Shown: positions 40,880 through 54,119 of the stretch, one piece after another
Layout of the letters: each line of letters begins with the position of its first letter
How positions within the stretch are numbered: position 1 is the stretch's first letter
Source: Eutreptiella sp. 'Long Island Sound 2002'
Taxonomy: Eukaryota > Protista > Euglenida
NCBI GenBank assembly: GCA_964036045.1
Contig: OZ038378.1
Location: 70,804,001 to 70,868,000, forward strand
Direction: 5' to 3'
Length of the DNA: 64,000 bases
Program-made: the position numbers and the translations under genes
The notes under the pieces: generated by a model
Told to the model about the DNA's origin: nothing
The model's database searches: none
The model's input: only the letters and a program-made list of their open reading frames with translations

Positions 40880-41999
40880 ATCCTATCTTGTGTGCCCCCG
40901 GCGACCAACGTAATGCCCCTTGCACTTAGTCGCCCATGTCGCGTACGCCTTCATGACGAAATCTAGGAGCTCGGTGCCACCATCACCTTACAGCCCCTAC
41001 AACCCGTAGTACACACTCAAGGCATACTCCTAATTGTACATCTGGTACGAACAAGATGGGTCCGGCCCTTTTCCAAGATGAAATATAAACGTAGCCCCCC
41101 TCTTGCCTGGCGTGGCGAGAATCCACACTGCATATGTGCATAGCACCTTCTTGCCGCTTGCTCCGGCCACGTTGATTCACCATACTAGGAAATGACTCCT
41201 GCCACAGCCCAAGGCCTTAGGACTGCACTTGCTGGCCAAGTGACCACCTCGTGTGCCTGCCACCCAAGCAACACCGTGTCCACCACCGCCGTTGCGGCAC
41301 GTGCACTTGCCCCCGTGGCTTTGGGCTCCGCCACCACTTCGTCCCTCTGCACCTACTCGTACCAAAGGTATTGGGTGGCTACAAGAAGGAAGGCACGGGT
41401 GAAAAGCGGGAATAGGTACGACCCCTATTGCAACCCCTGCTAGAACCTCACCTCGAACCGCTTGTGCGGTCGCACCCAGTGCTAGAACCTTGCTGGACCC
41501 CCTTCTTGTGATGGAACCCCTTGCTAGAACATCCTTCCATTGGGCGCTTCCAGTTGTGGAACCCCTTTTTGCGCATGTACGGACCCCTTGAGGAGGACCC
41601 TTCTAGCTCTAGAACCACCTTTGGCGACCTGCCATCGCGCTTCCATCATTACAAGGCTCCAAGCACACGGCATGGCATGGGCGGCAATGCATGGCGCTGG
41701 CAACAAATACTTGTTCGCCAGGGCACCAATATTCCTTCGGGCAGTGTGCGTCGGCGACTAGCAGCCCCAACCTGACACGGATGGACGTGTCGGCAGCAGG
41801 GGGGTAGGTGCCCGCAAGTTCCCTGGCATCGGTAGGAAGGGTGTCCACGTCCTCCTCCACTACAACCCCTTCCCACACCTTGCTTTGTCCCACCACCACT
41901 AGGCTGCCCGGCGCCGTGGCAATGTAAGGGAGCTTGCTCCGGGGCCGGCGGTAGCAACTCTTCCTGTTGGTGCACAAACGGGCTGAGAGGACACTCTTC

Positions 42000-43700
42000 A
42001 GGTGCACATGGTTAGGCAGTGGCATCAATCACCGGGTCCGCTGAAATCCTTGCCGCCAGAGGCCCCACACGATTGGTGGCGAGCGGCACGGTATGGTCCA
42101 TAGGCATCATGAGCAATGCGGCCACCCCGCAAAGATTATCTTCGACAATCTTGTGCGTAATATCATCGGCCCGATCATCACCGTCCTTGGCTTCTTCGGC
42201 TTCCCGCACACCGCCACTCTCCTCATCACCCACGTCCCCACCAGCAGCCTCGTCAACATCCTTGCTGCACAAAACTCCACCCGCATGATTGCAATATAGG
42301 GGCTCGGCGTCACAAGCAAATCATTTGGGCCGCGGGGTGCCACACACCACGCGCTTCCATTGGGCAGTTCCACAATGGACACCTATGGGTGGCGGTGAAG
42401 GCTATGGAGGGGAGGATGGGCAATCTACTTTGGGTGGTGGGATACTTGGTACTGTGGACTGGTAATCCACACGCGCGTGACGCAACGGCCGCAAACGGCA
42501 TGATTTGTGTTGATCGAGGAGGTGCTTCCTTCGGGACTGCCCCACCATACTGAATACAACACCTACTCTAAATCCAGACGTCAACAGCCAGCATACCCAT
42601 GCTCACCTCTTGCCACGGGTACAGAACACCCGAAATGGATCCAAAACATAAACGTGCTCTCCCAGTCATCCATGGGACAATCCCAATCGACGGGCATGAA
42701 GTAGGGCAACACGTACTCCACCCCATCACTCTGCAGCTCCAACGGAAGATCGCCACGCCAAAGTTGTGGTCAATGCGAAGTTTCCTTGATGTAGCCAACC
42801 TTCAACAAGAAGAGACCTTGGTACTCCGCAGAGAGCCCTTGCGGCACCAGTTGCACCCAAATCACGACATGATGAAGGTGAAGGCCTTTCTCGTGACCAC
42901 CATTGCCACCATTGCCGGCTAGAAACACCACATACACCGGAGCCCCGTCACCCGGATCCATCCGGTGGCCATTTGGACTTGGCCATACAACGTTGAAGAT
43001 GCCGACCAAGCTTAGTTCAACGTTCTCCGCCTCCACCTTCATGTCGCCAACATCATGTGGCCCACCCGAACCAATTTCGCCATCTGCTTGTTCGCCTCGT
43101 GGAAGAACTCAACTTCCTGCCACGTTTCACTTGTCCCAATCAGTGGGAGGGCGTGGCACAGGGGGATGAGCAACACCGCAAACTCGCCCATCACCACCGG
43201 GGTGGTCAAGCCCCCACGAGCTCAGGCTTCCACCGATAAGGGGAGTGGTTGGTGAGGGAGTAGTTGGGCATGGGCATGGCCTCCTTGCTGACCACAATGT
43301 TGTGGAGGGTGTCGAGGTGGGGGGTGCTTGGAGGGGTTATTGTTCTTCCTGGCCCTTTTGCTAGTGGGCTTGTGGACGGTGAAGAGGAGCATGGTGCCTT
43401 CCAGGCCCACATGGCGCTACTGCGTGTTATTGACGTTGGGGCTAGCGTGGGTGGTGCATGCTTGGACGACGTCGTCGATGTTGTCCCCAAGCGGGCACAC
43501 TTGGAAGATGGGGACATTGGGGTTGTCCTGCATGACGGCCTACAGCTGGTTGGTGAGAGCGCAAGGCTCCCTGTCCCGTGCTGAATAGGGAGGCGGTCTA
43601 GTGGATGTGGGCAATCGGGGTGCCCGACGGTACCTCCATCTTGGTGTCCGGATGGGCGGTGAAGCGGGTGTAGCCCAAGCCATCGGGGCCGGCGTATTCC
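42000..43700 (-). pseudogene. Decayed UPF1-like helicase, copy H
   Basis: AGPDGLGYT (43694-43668), FQVCPLGDNIDDV (~43505), FFHEA (43108-43094), LVG(-1)DLQ (~43000), LSAEYQ (~42830), DLLVTPSPYIA (~42322-42290). Confidence 0.55.
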
Positions 43701-46399
43701 GGAGTGCCCACGGCCGCCCGGGCGGCCTTTGTCGAGTCAACTAGCCGGGCTAACAAGGGCATGTTGGCTAAATTGCAAGTGAACAATGGTGAACAAATGG
43801 TGCTGCAAACCGTGTTGGAACCCCCTACTGGAACTCCGTTTTGGGCTGGAACTCTTTGCTGGAACCCTACTCGAACCCCCCTTTTTGCGCTGGAACCATT
43901 GCTGCAACCCCTACCGAAAGGGTGCTCGATGGTGCGGGAACCGCCTTTTTTTCGCTTTTGGTCATTTTTTTGGAATCAACATAGCATGTGGCCCCTAACA
44001 ACCTTGGCCTGATGTGAAGGTAGGACACGTATGGAAACTCATGTAGTAACTCGTAGTCATCCTAGGCACGTGCACATCGTCATTATGGTGGATCCGAAAG
44101 GGGTGGGTTCTGAAAAGTTATGGGTAGGTCCGATTTCAACTCCCCCGCAAAAAACGGTGATTTCTTCGAGTACATTTTTTTTCGGTGTCTTCTTAACCGC
44201 CATGTGTGGCCCCATGTGGGGTGAGTGTTAACGAGCTCCGCATTCACGATGCGACGGGCAGGGAACTCTGGCCGAGCGAGTGCTGCTCTTCATGCCCAGG
44301 AGGTGAGCGCAGGCTATATTGCGCTAGTGCCGACCGATAGCAAGCAACCGGTGTCTCTTGTTGGTGTGCATCAACCTGGGTGAAGGCTGGGAGTAGTATT
44401 GTTGAGGCTGTGCCTTCTTAAAAACTCTTGGTATTTAAAAAGCTTGATGTCGCCACTCTTGCTACTCTTGCTCGGAAAAGAGCACACAATTGTTATCTGC
44501 GCATTTCTGTTTGCGCTGTCTGTTGTTAATCATGTGGCCATGATGGTTGAGTACGAGTCTAGCGGGTGTTGGCAAGCTTTTCATGGTGTCGCTGGGGGAT
44601 GCTCGTAGGCAGTTGCAAGTGTTCATGAATTGGGCATTGGTGATGGTGCAAAATGTGCATGTCAACCCATCGGCAGTGTGGTTGGCTAATTGGCCGGCGG
44701 AGTCGGTCACCATAGAACGGCAACATCAATTTTGCATTGTTCATACGCTCAGCCTAGCAATACCTTAGATTCACTTTTGTGGCCAAAAAGGAGCCAGGGA
44801 AATGGGTATGGCATAAGATGTACCTTGGATATAGTTGATGAGTTTCCCTGAATTTTTCAGCTCATGCAGGGTCCAATTGCTCCAACTGTTGGGCAACAGG
44901 GAACGAACCGTGCTTCTACAGAATCAATACAGAATAACTTCAACCTAGAACCATATTCACTATTCAAGCCAGAGCCAAGGTGCATATCAGTGTTGTGCTT
45001 CAGATGTGAATATTGTACAATGCACAATGTGTCCTTTTCCGTTTCAGAGCTATCTGCCAACTGCTGTGGGTTGTAACCAAAACTCGGAGGAAGCGACCAT
45101 CTAGTTGGCAAAGCCAATCCATTGATGTGACGCGCACATTGTTGCTCGGTCTGATTGCTCCAATCTGACATGCTACGCATGGCAATGTGTAAAAACAACC
45201 ACCTCTAGATTTTGACATTCTGAGGATAAAGGAGTGCCCTGTCATTTTCTGCTGTACCTTGGAACATGAGCAACCATCTTCAATTCTGAGGGCGGAGCAT
45301 CTCATTTCCTCGAGGCAATGCCTCGAATGCGGTTTATTCGCCGAAGTTCCAGATTATTTCTTCCGGACAACCAAGGCTCCACCTTGGTGCAGAATTTCAC
45401 CCCAGAATTTCACTCAGCCTTCGAAGACTTCATTGGTTCCATCAGGAAACCACTGCGGCTTGTTACTTGTTTGTTTTCTTATTCTTTGGATTCCATGCAT
45501 TTCATGGGGTACACTTGCCATGGTATGGGGGTTGGCACTGCTGTATGGTGGTAATCCTTGTTCATGGTGACGATTCCTCTGTTAGTTACATTCGCACTTG
45601 TTTCATATTCCCTCTCTCTGTGGATCAGTGCAGCCTTTGGCTCACCGGCGCTTTCTTTGGCAGATTGGCTCAACATGTCCGCAACTGGGGCCCAAAATGT
45701 GGAGTGCTGTAGTCATGTATGGCAAATGGTTTCGGTCAGCGTCAGGGTCACAGCTGTTCCTGTTTCCACAAAATATGTTGCAGACTCTGCAGTGCATGCA
45801 CTCAGAGGCATGTCTTTGCATTGCTGCAGTGAAATTCCCTCCAACACCCAATTGAAGTCCTCTGTGAGAAACTGCAATGCTGTGGGTGTGCAGAGTCGTG
45901 TTTACCCACAATTGAGGGTGTTTACCTGCCACTGAGATTGAAATTCCACACAATGCTTCTTTCCCTCCTGGTCAGCCCCCTCACCCAGCCGGTCAACCAA
46001 AGGGGTCCCTGGATTGTTGCTGTTAATTCCCCAGGACCGCTTTTCGGTGGGGAGGGTACCATTGCACACCACGGTTGATGGACGATCATCCTGACCACAA
46101 TGTTGCCTCCAGTCTGACCTGATCTGATCCCACTCAACCTGATCCAGTTGGATCTACTGCAATCCGATTCTTTCTCACACAAGAACAATAAAGAGTGTGT
46201 GATCTTGCAGGCATCTCAACTTTGCCTGCTGGATACTACTGATTTATTCTGGTTGCTGTTGCGATGTGGATTCTGACCCACAATGCATGGACAGCAATCC
46301 CTTGCTAGATGTTTTGGGGTGGGTGTCAGCCGCATTGTGCATGCAACCAAAGGTATGACCACTGTGGAGGCTGTGTTTTGCTGCAGGGTTCTGAGTTAC

Positions 46400-46610
46400 G
46401 GTCCCCCCCCCCCCTCCCCTCCCTTGTAATCCCCCACCCCGTGCAATCCCCCCCTCCCCCCCTTGGGGGGGACCGTCGCTTGGCCCAAAAAGCATAGGAA
46501 ACACTAGGCACCAAAGGCTGTGGGACCGTCATTTGGTGACCGTCCCACCCCCCTCATGGGGGGGGACCAGCCTGACATTTGGGGGGGGATTACAAGGGGG
46601 GTGGGGGGTA
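46400..46610. mobile_element. ~210-bp MITE-like hairpin element
   Basis: CCCTTGTAATCCCCC (46421) and GGGGGATTACAAGGG (~46585) inverted, with C-rich and G-rich arms. Confidence 0.55.
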
Positions 46611-47269
46611 CAATGCAGAGCATGGGAGCAGCATTGGATGATATTTGGTTGCCATTCTGTGGTTCAGCACAGTTGCGCTAGAGGTTATGCGGGTCTATCT
46701 CCCAAATGAATCTCAGTTGAATACATCCTGCCGTGCGGACCATACACTGGTTTTCCCTGGACATGTTTGCCTGCTTTACCTGAGTGCCCCCATGATTTTT
46801 TCTTTTCTTTCTTTTCTTTCAGTTGCTTTCGGTGTTTCTCCCCTCTTTTGGATGGTGCTTCTGTCGTAATTTTCAACCAGACAGCTGAAGTTGTGCACTC
46901 ACAACAGAGCCTTGTGATGCACGTGGACTAATGTCTTAATTGCTGTTCTGAAGTAGATTCTTTTTGATATTTTCCGAGGTGTAGCACTACCTACTGTACC
47001 CAGAGTTATCAGACCACTGCTAGGAAGGCTTCCCTGCTGCCCATGACCTGACCTGTACCAAAACTTTCTTTTTGATGTTGTCCAAGGTACCCAAATGTTT
47101 TGTAAGACAGAGATGTAGCTCAGCCAAAGGCAAAAACATTCACAGCACCCCAAGTCTTGTTCTGGCGCTGTGCGCAGATACTGGGTGCCAGATACTTGTC
47201 GATAGCTCTGGCCTTGCAGTAGTACACCCTGTTTCACTATCACTGGACAGTGAGAAACATAATATCTAA

Positions 47270-48215
47270 TACAACACTATGCACTACAATTCAACACGAT
47301 CTAAAGATCAAAGCAGTCCAATTCAATCCAACCCAATGCAACCCACTCCAATGCAATGCATTGCAATGCAACATGGTGCCATGCCGTACAACTCAACACA
47401 GCTCGATCCAATGCAATCTAATCAATGCAATGCAACCCACTCCAGCGCAATGTAACCCACTCCAATGCAATGCAATGCAATGCAATCCCATCCGCTACAA
47501 TGCAATGCAACGCAAGCAACAGCACACACCCTGATGCATCGTGTTCAGCACGCCCACCGTGGCACCCTGAATGACGCTAACACTGACCATCCAACATGTG
47601 CCATGCACGTCTTCAATGTGGCAGCAGTTGTCAAAGCCCTTGCCGCACCTACCAAGGGCTCTTCACTAATGAACGCTACTCCATCGATGAGAGCAGGCGC
47701 CTGAGAGGATCGCTGGGAAGGCACAACTGCAAAATGGTGTGACAGCAGGAAATGAGCACATGAACCAAAAAGCAGCCAGATAGCAGAGACGGACGGGCGC
47801 TGCTCCGCCTTGCTTTTTTTGGGGGGGGGATTCCAGGACGCACCAACTCTCTACGCTGAAGCGACCCACCCCCTGGCGTGGTGAAGTGGACTGGAGACAT
47901 CACCAGAGTCAAAACGTTCGCTTCTCTCACATGAGAAATGGCATGTCCCAGTCTCTCCCACTAGATCCGAGGCCCCAGTCCTGGAGTTTGCAGTCGACTC
48001 ATGGAATTGAGCACCCAATCCACCTGACCTCAACCCTCCCACCCATTCAGAGATCCACCCCACAAAGTGGAGTGAGGTGAAATGCCTCAAATTGGCTCGT
48101 CCTGGATGCAAAAGAAAGAACATGATTGCAGTGCATTGCGTTGAACTGAATGGTGTTGTGTTGTGTTGTGTTGTGTTGCACTGCATTGAGTTCCATTGCA
48201 TTGTTCTCAGCTGGA
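47270..48215. repeat. Degenerate (CAATG)n array at 47270-47520 and an inverted (CATTG/GTTGT)n array at 48120-48215
   Basis: CAATGCAATGCAA repeats left, TTGCAGTGCATTG...CATTGCATTG right; between them ALAAPTKG and LFLGGDSRTHQL helicase-like remnants. Confidence 0.75.
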
Positions 48216-50699
48216 TTGGGTTGTCCATCCATGACCTCTCTTGCAAGTGGACATTACAAGGCACTGTGTTTTGCGTTTCAAGCCATGGGACCATGTCCCG
48301 CAGCATGGTGTAGAGCCCAGGATGCTTGCATTCTGCGGGATCCCCGGTGTGCGCAATGCACAGGAATCGCCCTCATGGTCAAGATTATCCTCAACAGCAC
48401 GAAGTTTGATGGATAGCGGGTTTCAACTGTTCTTTCAGGCTGATTAGTGTGGTTCAAATTCGAATAATGGCCGTTTGCCGGCAGTGGGCCCTGAAAAATC
48501 AGATTAATGTTTGCCGGGTTGGTTGCCGGGTAATCCAACGGCGGATCACCGGCAAAGGGTTGGCACCGGGAAAGGTTTATCCAAAATGAAGATTTTCACT
48601 AACAATAAACAATACAAAAACATTTGCACAAGTTACAAACACTTGTATAAATTTGGTTTACAGCTTCTCCAAATTTGAATATGTATTTTCCAATCACGCT
48701 TTTTATGTCTGCCGAATGAGAAGCCAAAGGTGCATTTCATGCATACCAAGCATGCACTCCATCTGCTGATGTTCTCATCAAGGGGCCGGATCTTGTATTA
48801 ATACGGCAAACAAGAATTGCGAGTGAACACATCTTTTGGTGGTCTTTTTCAATCCTATTGCCCTGATGACCAATGGAAGTACAAGACCCGCCGTGCTGTT
48901 CCAAATGGGTTGCCATTCCCCAACATCGGCAAAAGTAGCCTATAATGCGGAGGGGGGGGCGGGGATTAACAAGATTTTTGACTTGGGGGCAATTTGACAA
49001 AAAACTGTAAAGGTTGGCTGTTCTCCTGTGCGGGAATGAGGCGTAGAGCACGTGATTTATTTCTCCCGTACGCCCGCATATCCGCTGGCCTTTGTCTCAC
49101 CTATCTTCGGATCATAACGTCTATGCTACAAAGTGGGACAGTATGTCCTGTTTTTCATATTGAAAAGGGAAGCTTTTGGGCTGTCAATTTTATACGTGCA
49201 CTTGCTAGCGGCCTTGCTAATAGTTTTTCTTTTTGGGGTCATTTGTCTTCTTGCACGGATGGAACAATAAAACTGTGTTTTGAAGGTTGGATGTTACATG
49301 TCACAAATGTCAAGACAATGACGGTCACAAAGACAAATGGTTTGGCGGAGATGGTCTTGGCCGTCATCAATCCTGATTAGAAAAGACGGTCGATCTTGTC
49401 ATGCATCAATGCAACTCAAACGCACGATAAGCATAGGTCAGTGTGTTGGCTGTGTTGAAAAGGCCGTAGAGCATTCGTGGACACCATTTCGAAACGCAAA
49501 AGTCATTTACCCGACTGTATTTTGGCTGTTTCTCCTTGGTGTCCACTCTTTGGCCCTAATTGGAAATCTTTGAAGCACATCGCACGCCAAAGCTCAACAA
49601 AAATGATCCATGTTCTCAACAACCATGCGATTATTGTGAAACAGAATAAAATCGGCATACTATGAACCTAGAAAGCATAAGTACATACAGTGTTGCACAG
49701 CAGGTTCGGAAAGAACACATTGTATGTAACACGGAATGAAGTCAACATTGCAAATGTGAGGATTGGAGAGAGGACAGCGTATGTACCACGCAATAAAATC
49801 CCAAATACCAATTCAGAAAATCATATATTATTTCCGATCCCTCAATGTGAAAGTCTCAAACCCTCGAAGAAGTGCCGACTTACAGGGCGCCCATGCGATC
49901 TCGGTCGTTAAGCACCCATTACACTCCTTTCCCAAAATGGACCCAGTGGTCTGTTTGAAAGAAAAATAATGACATAGAATAGAGACCCAGAAAGTGCCAC
50001 TTGGACATTTCTCTGTGTGGCTTGAAGGGAGGGTGTGTGGCCGGGTGAGATGGTCAAGAACGGGTGTCATAATTGAATCGGCGACCATCACATTTGGGGG
50101 GGGGGGGGGTGGAACAAAATTTGTTTCAAAAAAAATTTTCTTGTCACCCTTGACCACAATACGGACGGATACTTTCCGTCGCGAAACGTGTCATGTGGCT
50201 ACAAAATGGCTCCCAATGGATAATTTTGTCGCCTTGCGTTGCGTTGCGTTGTGTTGGTTGCTAAGATTGGGCAAAAAGTCCGAAAAGCACATTTTGGCGT
50301 CCCTAAATGTCAAAAATCTCAAAATCTGTCAAAATCTGTCAATTTGCAGGGGTGGTGACAGATTTTTTTGGCATTTAGGGCGCCATTGGTGAGAAACGGA
50401 CCTCACCATTGAGTCAGACACCCTCGACCTACAGAGGTTTGGGGTGCATGACGTCATTTCGGGCTAATTTTGCCAAAAACAGCAATCCTAGCGTGAAAAT
50501 TTGACTCAAGTTTACCAAATAGTACCCTAAAATACCCTGCTGCAAGCCACAGGAGGTCACTTGGTCCGAAACGAAGGCCGCCGGTGCATCAAAGACCCCC
50601 AAAAGAGGGTTGGTTGTCACGTCATGGACCCCACGAGGGCTACTATTAGACAAAAATGGAATGTTTTATCAAAAATATCGATTTTTGCCTTATGCCAAC

Positions 50700-52030
50700 C
50701 GGAAATCAGCACCTGCAGTGGGCAGGCGGGTTGGGGGGGGGGGGGGCTCGGGCTACTAGTGCCGTGACCCCAGACCCGCCACCGCCGCCGGTCCCCACGA
50801 CCCCGTCACACCCACCCACGCCCACTCCTCCGCCCAAGACCGCAGGCCCGCCCAGGAACAGTGGTGGCAGCGCTGGACCCACACGCAGCTCTGGGAGGTG
50901 CGGAAGTGGGCCCGGGGAGAGCCCTCCTTCGAGGGCCTGGTCCATCGGCCCCGCAAGGGGTCGGTGGAGAACTGCCGCCTCCGGCCGGCGGGGGGGTGGA
51001 TGCCGCAGGCCGCATGGGAAGCCATGCTGGCCGATGCGCTCCACCCCCTGGGAGTCCACCCCCGAAACCTCCCCGCGCCCCAGGACCACCCGTACGTCCT
51101 CAGGCGCCTGCGGGAGACCCTCCAGGAAGCGCGGCGAGACGGCATCCGCCTGTGGGACATCACCCAAAGCCCAGCCCCGCACGCACACACCCCCTCACCA
51201 CCCCACAAGCGTCGGCGCACCGACACCGGCGACACCCACAACACCCCAGGAGCCCTGCGCGCCACACAACACGACGCGCCTGACCCCCCGGCCAGCGGCG
51301 CAGCCATCTAACCCCGTTACCCAGCACACCACCACCACGGGGCGCCACGCCAGGCCCCGCCCGGAAGTCACCAAACGAACCGGACGCCGAAGGAAGCCAA
51401 CGCACACGACAACGAGCACCACTACGCCCAAAGGCGCCGAACCCGGGCCCGATACCGTGGGCTCCTCTCCACCCTCAGCACGACACACACGTCACTGACG
51501 TCACTCCTCTGCCGTGCCCCCTCCCACGCCACCGCCCCCCCCCCCCCCTCCCGCCGCACGTCCCCACGCCGCCCAGCACCCAGCCCCACACACTGCGCCA
51601 CAGCATCGCCCTAGTCCGGCTCCTCCACCATCACGCCACTTGGCACCTCACAGTAGACCGCCGTCCTGTGGTCCCGCTCCCTGCAGCACCGCTCCCGGGG
51701 CCGCAGCCGACCCGCGCCGTGTTCGCCCCCACGTCGCGGGCCGCGGACATCCTCCCGCTCCTCGCCACCACCCCTCCCGGGCATCGCATACTGCTTGCCG
51801 CCAACCCCTCGGTCCTCAGTGAGGTCCCCATCGGGCACACCGACGCCCTGCACATGCGCCCGCTGCTGCCCAACCTGCACGCTGCGTACGCCCCCGGCAC
51901 GCCCGTCGACCCCTCCGTGTGGGACTCCCAGTGAGGCCACCGGCCAACGGCCGGCCCGCACGCACCACCCCGCACTAGCCTCGGGCGCACGACCCCGTGG
52001 ACGCCGCTACCCACACGCCCGGCCCCGCGC
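50700..52030 (+). mobile_element. Very GC-rich insert with unassigned + strand coding-like segments (about 50840-51311 and 51600-51934)
   Basis: Abrupt GC/CpG rise; Trp-rich frame WWQRWTHTQLWEVRKWARGEPSFEG...; no family recognised. Confidence 0.35.
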
Positions 52031-52035
52031 AACCG

Positions 52036-52410
52036 CCTAACCGAGCCAGAACTCAAGCACAAATCAAACCCGAGCCACACCCCGAAACCGCTAACCCTTG
52101 ACTCCTAACCAAACCCGCCGAGGGAACAACGTAACCACAGCCCACACCCACAGCCCACACAGCTGCCTAACCAGCCAGCTCCAGAAGCAAAGAGACACCT
52201 CACCAAACCCACCCTGACCCAAGCCTAACCGAGCCGAAGCCCCAACACAAATCAAACCCGAGCCACATCCCGAAACCGTCAACCCTTGACTCCAAACCAG
52301 GCCCGCTGAGGGAAATGCGTAGACACAGCCCACAGCCACAGCCCACACAGCCGCCTAACCAGCCAGCACCAGAAGCAAAGAGACACCTAACCAAACCCAC
52401 CCTGACCCAT
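52036..52410 (+). repeat. Two-copy ~188-bp tandem duplication containing CCTAACC motifs
   Basis: CCTAACCGAGCC at 52036 and 52224; CAAATCAAACCCGAGCCAC and CCAGAAGCAAAGAGACACCT in both copies. Confidence 0.9.
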
Positions 52411-52723
52411 ACCCATGTACATCAGGACACGCGAGCCGCACCCCTGGGGCGCGACCGCCACCACAGCACCGACGACACACGCCGGAGAACACAACGCTAT
52501 AGCACCGCCGCACCAGCTGCCCATGCCTGTGCCTGCAGTGTACGCGCGCCTCTGTTTTCCTCTTTTTTGTTTTTTCTTTTTCTTTTTTCAAAAAAAAAAA
52601 AACAGGTAAAAAAAAAAAAACAAAACAAAAACGAAAACGAAAAACAAGAAAAAAAAACGAAAATCAGGGGGGGAGGAAGAGGGACACAACCACCCATGGC
52701 ACACGCGCACCGCACACAGCACA

Positions 52724-52889
52724 CACACCGGTGAACAGGAGCCCAGGGGCCCAGGACACCACACATGCAACACAACACACCGAGCGAGCACACCGGTGAA
52801 CAGGAGCCAGCTGGCCCAGGACACCGCAGACGCACCACAGCAAACCGCGCGGGCACACCAGTGAACAGGAGCCCAACGGCCCAGGACAC
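52724..52889 (+). repeat. ~65-bp minisatellite x3 with conserved CACACC(G/A)GTGAACAGGAGCC..GGCCCAGGACAC core
   Basis: Read directly; the variable parts are homologous to each other. Confidence 0.85.
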
Positions 52890-54119
52890 TGCACACACGT
52901 AGGGCGGCCGAGGGACAGGAAAGAACCAATACCCCATGGGTCGGACGCACTGGGGCGACCCAGCCGACCCACCGGGCCAGTGGCAGGAGCGGTACTCCAA
53001 AGCCACTGGTCCGAGCCCGGCCAGGCTGCATCGGGGACCATGGCAAACGTCCCACGGAGCCATGGAAGCAACCGGTGACAGGCGAGCCGGTACACAGTCC
53101 AGGAGGGGGTCACCTGCCAAGCAGAGTGGCCCCGCAACTCAAGCCACAAGGGTGAGGCGGTCGTACCGTAGAAAAGCGGGCGCAATACCCCTTGTGGTGA
53201 GAGATACTCCACACGGCTGGGCAGCCCCCCAGAGCTGCCGCCCAAAGGAGGGGGCATGTGGCCCTACCCATGGACACATGTGGGGACACCCTCCCACCTG
53301 GGACACATGGACGGGGTGGCCGCGACAATGCCTTCCCAAGCACATGCGGGAGCGGCTCAAGAGGCACCTGACATAGGGCAGTGGGAGGGACAGGACGTCC
53401 CCTTGGTAAGACCTTCTTCCTGCAATGTCAAAGGAGGCATCCCGAGCTCCCGAAGATACCTACCTACCTACTAGTGCCGTGTGGGTCTAAACGCAACTGA
53501 ATTTGGCATGTCCAAAGTAGGGGGTTCACACCCTTCACTTGTCCCAACGGAGCGTAACATGCAAAAACTCCATTTTTGCCATCAAAATTTTGTGTTTGCT
53601 GTGATCAAGTGAAAATCTGTCAATGTGCACAAAGACTGTACCTCACAGGGACATTTGGTTGTCAATTGGATGAAAGGAGCGTCAACGTTGCAAGCAACAC
53701 CTTTAAAGCAGGGGGGGCTGGCACCCTGTATAGCCTGCCCGGGTCCGAGATTCAAAAAAACCTTTTTCCGGAGGGTGGGGGGGCTGTCAGAGTTCTGCTC
53801 GCCCTGATTTTGACCAGGAATCACGCCCAAAATTTAAAATTGGTAGAAATTGGATTCCGTAGATTTTTAGTGACCCTTTGAGAGCCCCTCGAGGTAAATA
53901 AAAGAATTTCACCTATGATGCCACCGTTTGCATACCCTTATGACACTCACCAGATGACCCTGTCAGGCTGTCAAAATTCTGCGGCCTGAATTAGTCTTTT
54001 TCTAAGGGGCGGGGGTCGGATACAAAACCCTGTACGACGGTTGAGCCGACTTCCGCAATGAAATGACTGGTGCAAGGCCCAATGCATGGGCCTAGCCGTG
54101 TCTTCACCATGACAACGCA

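Larger units (their letters stand above)
39615..43950 (+). repeat. Three direct clusters of (T/C)TGGAACCC-type motifs at 39615-39760, 41425-41615 and 43810-43950
   Basis: Repeated TTGGAACCCC / GCTGGAACCC / GCTAGAACC units, all in the same orientation. Confidence 0.75.

Noticed and set aside
52036-52410. True telomeric array
   Set aside because: CCTAACC motifs are isolated within longer units, not tandem CCCTAA.
52724-52889. CRISPR-like repeat/spacer array
   Set aside because: The two 27-nt 'spacers' are homologous (about 19/27 identical), the repeats vary internally, the context is eukaryotic and no cas genes are present; it is a minisatellite.
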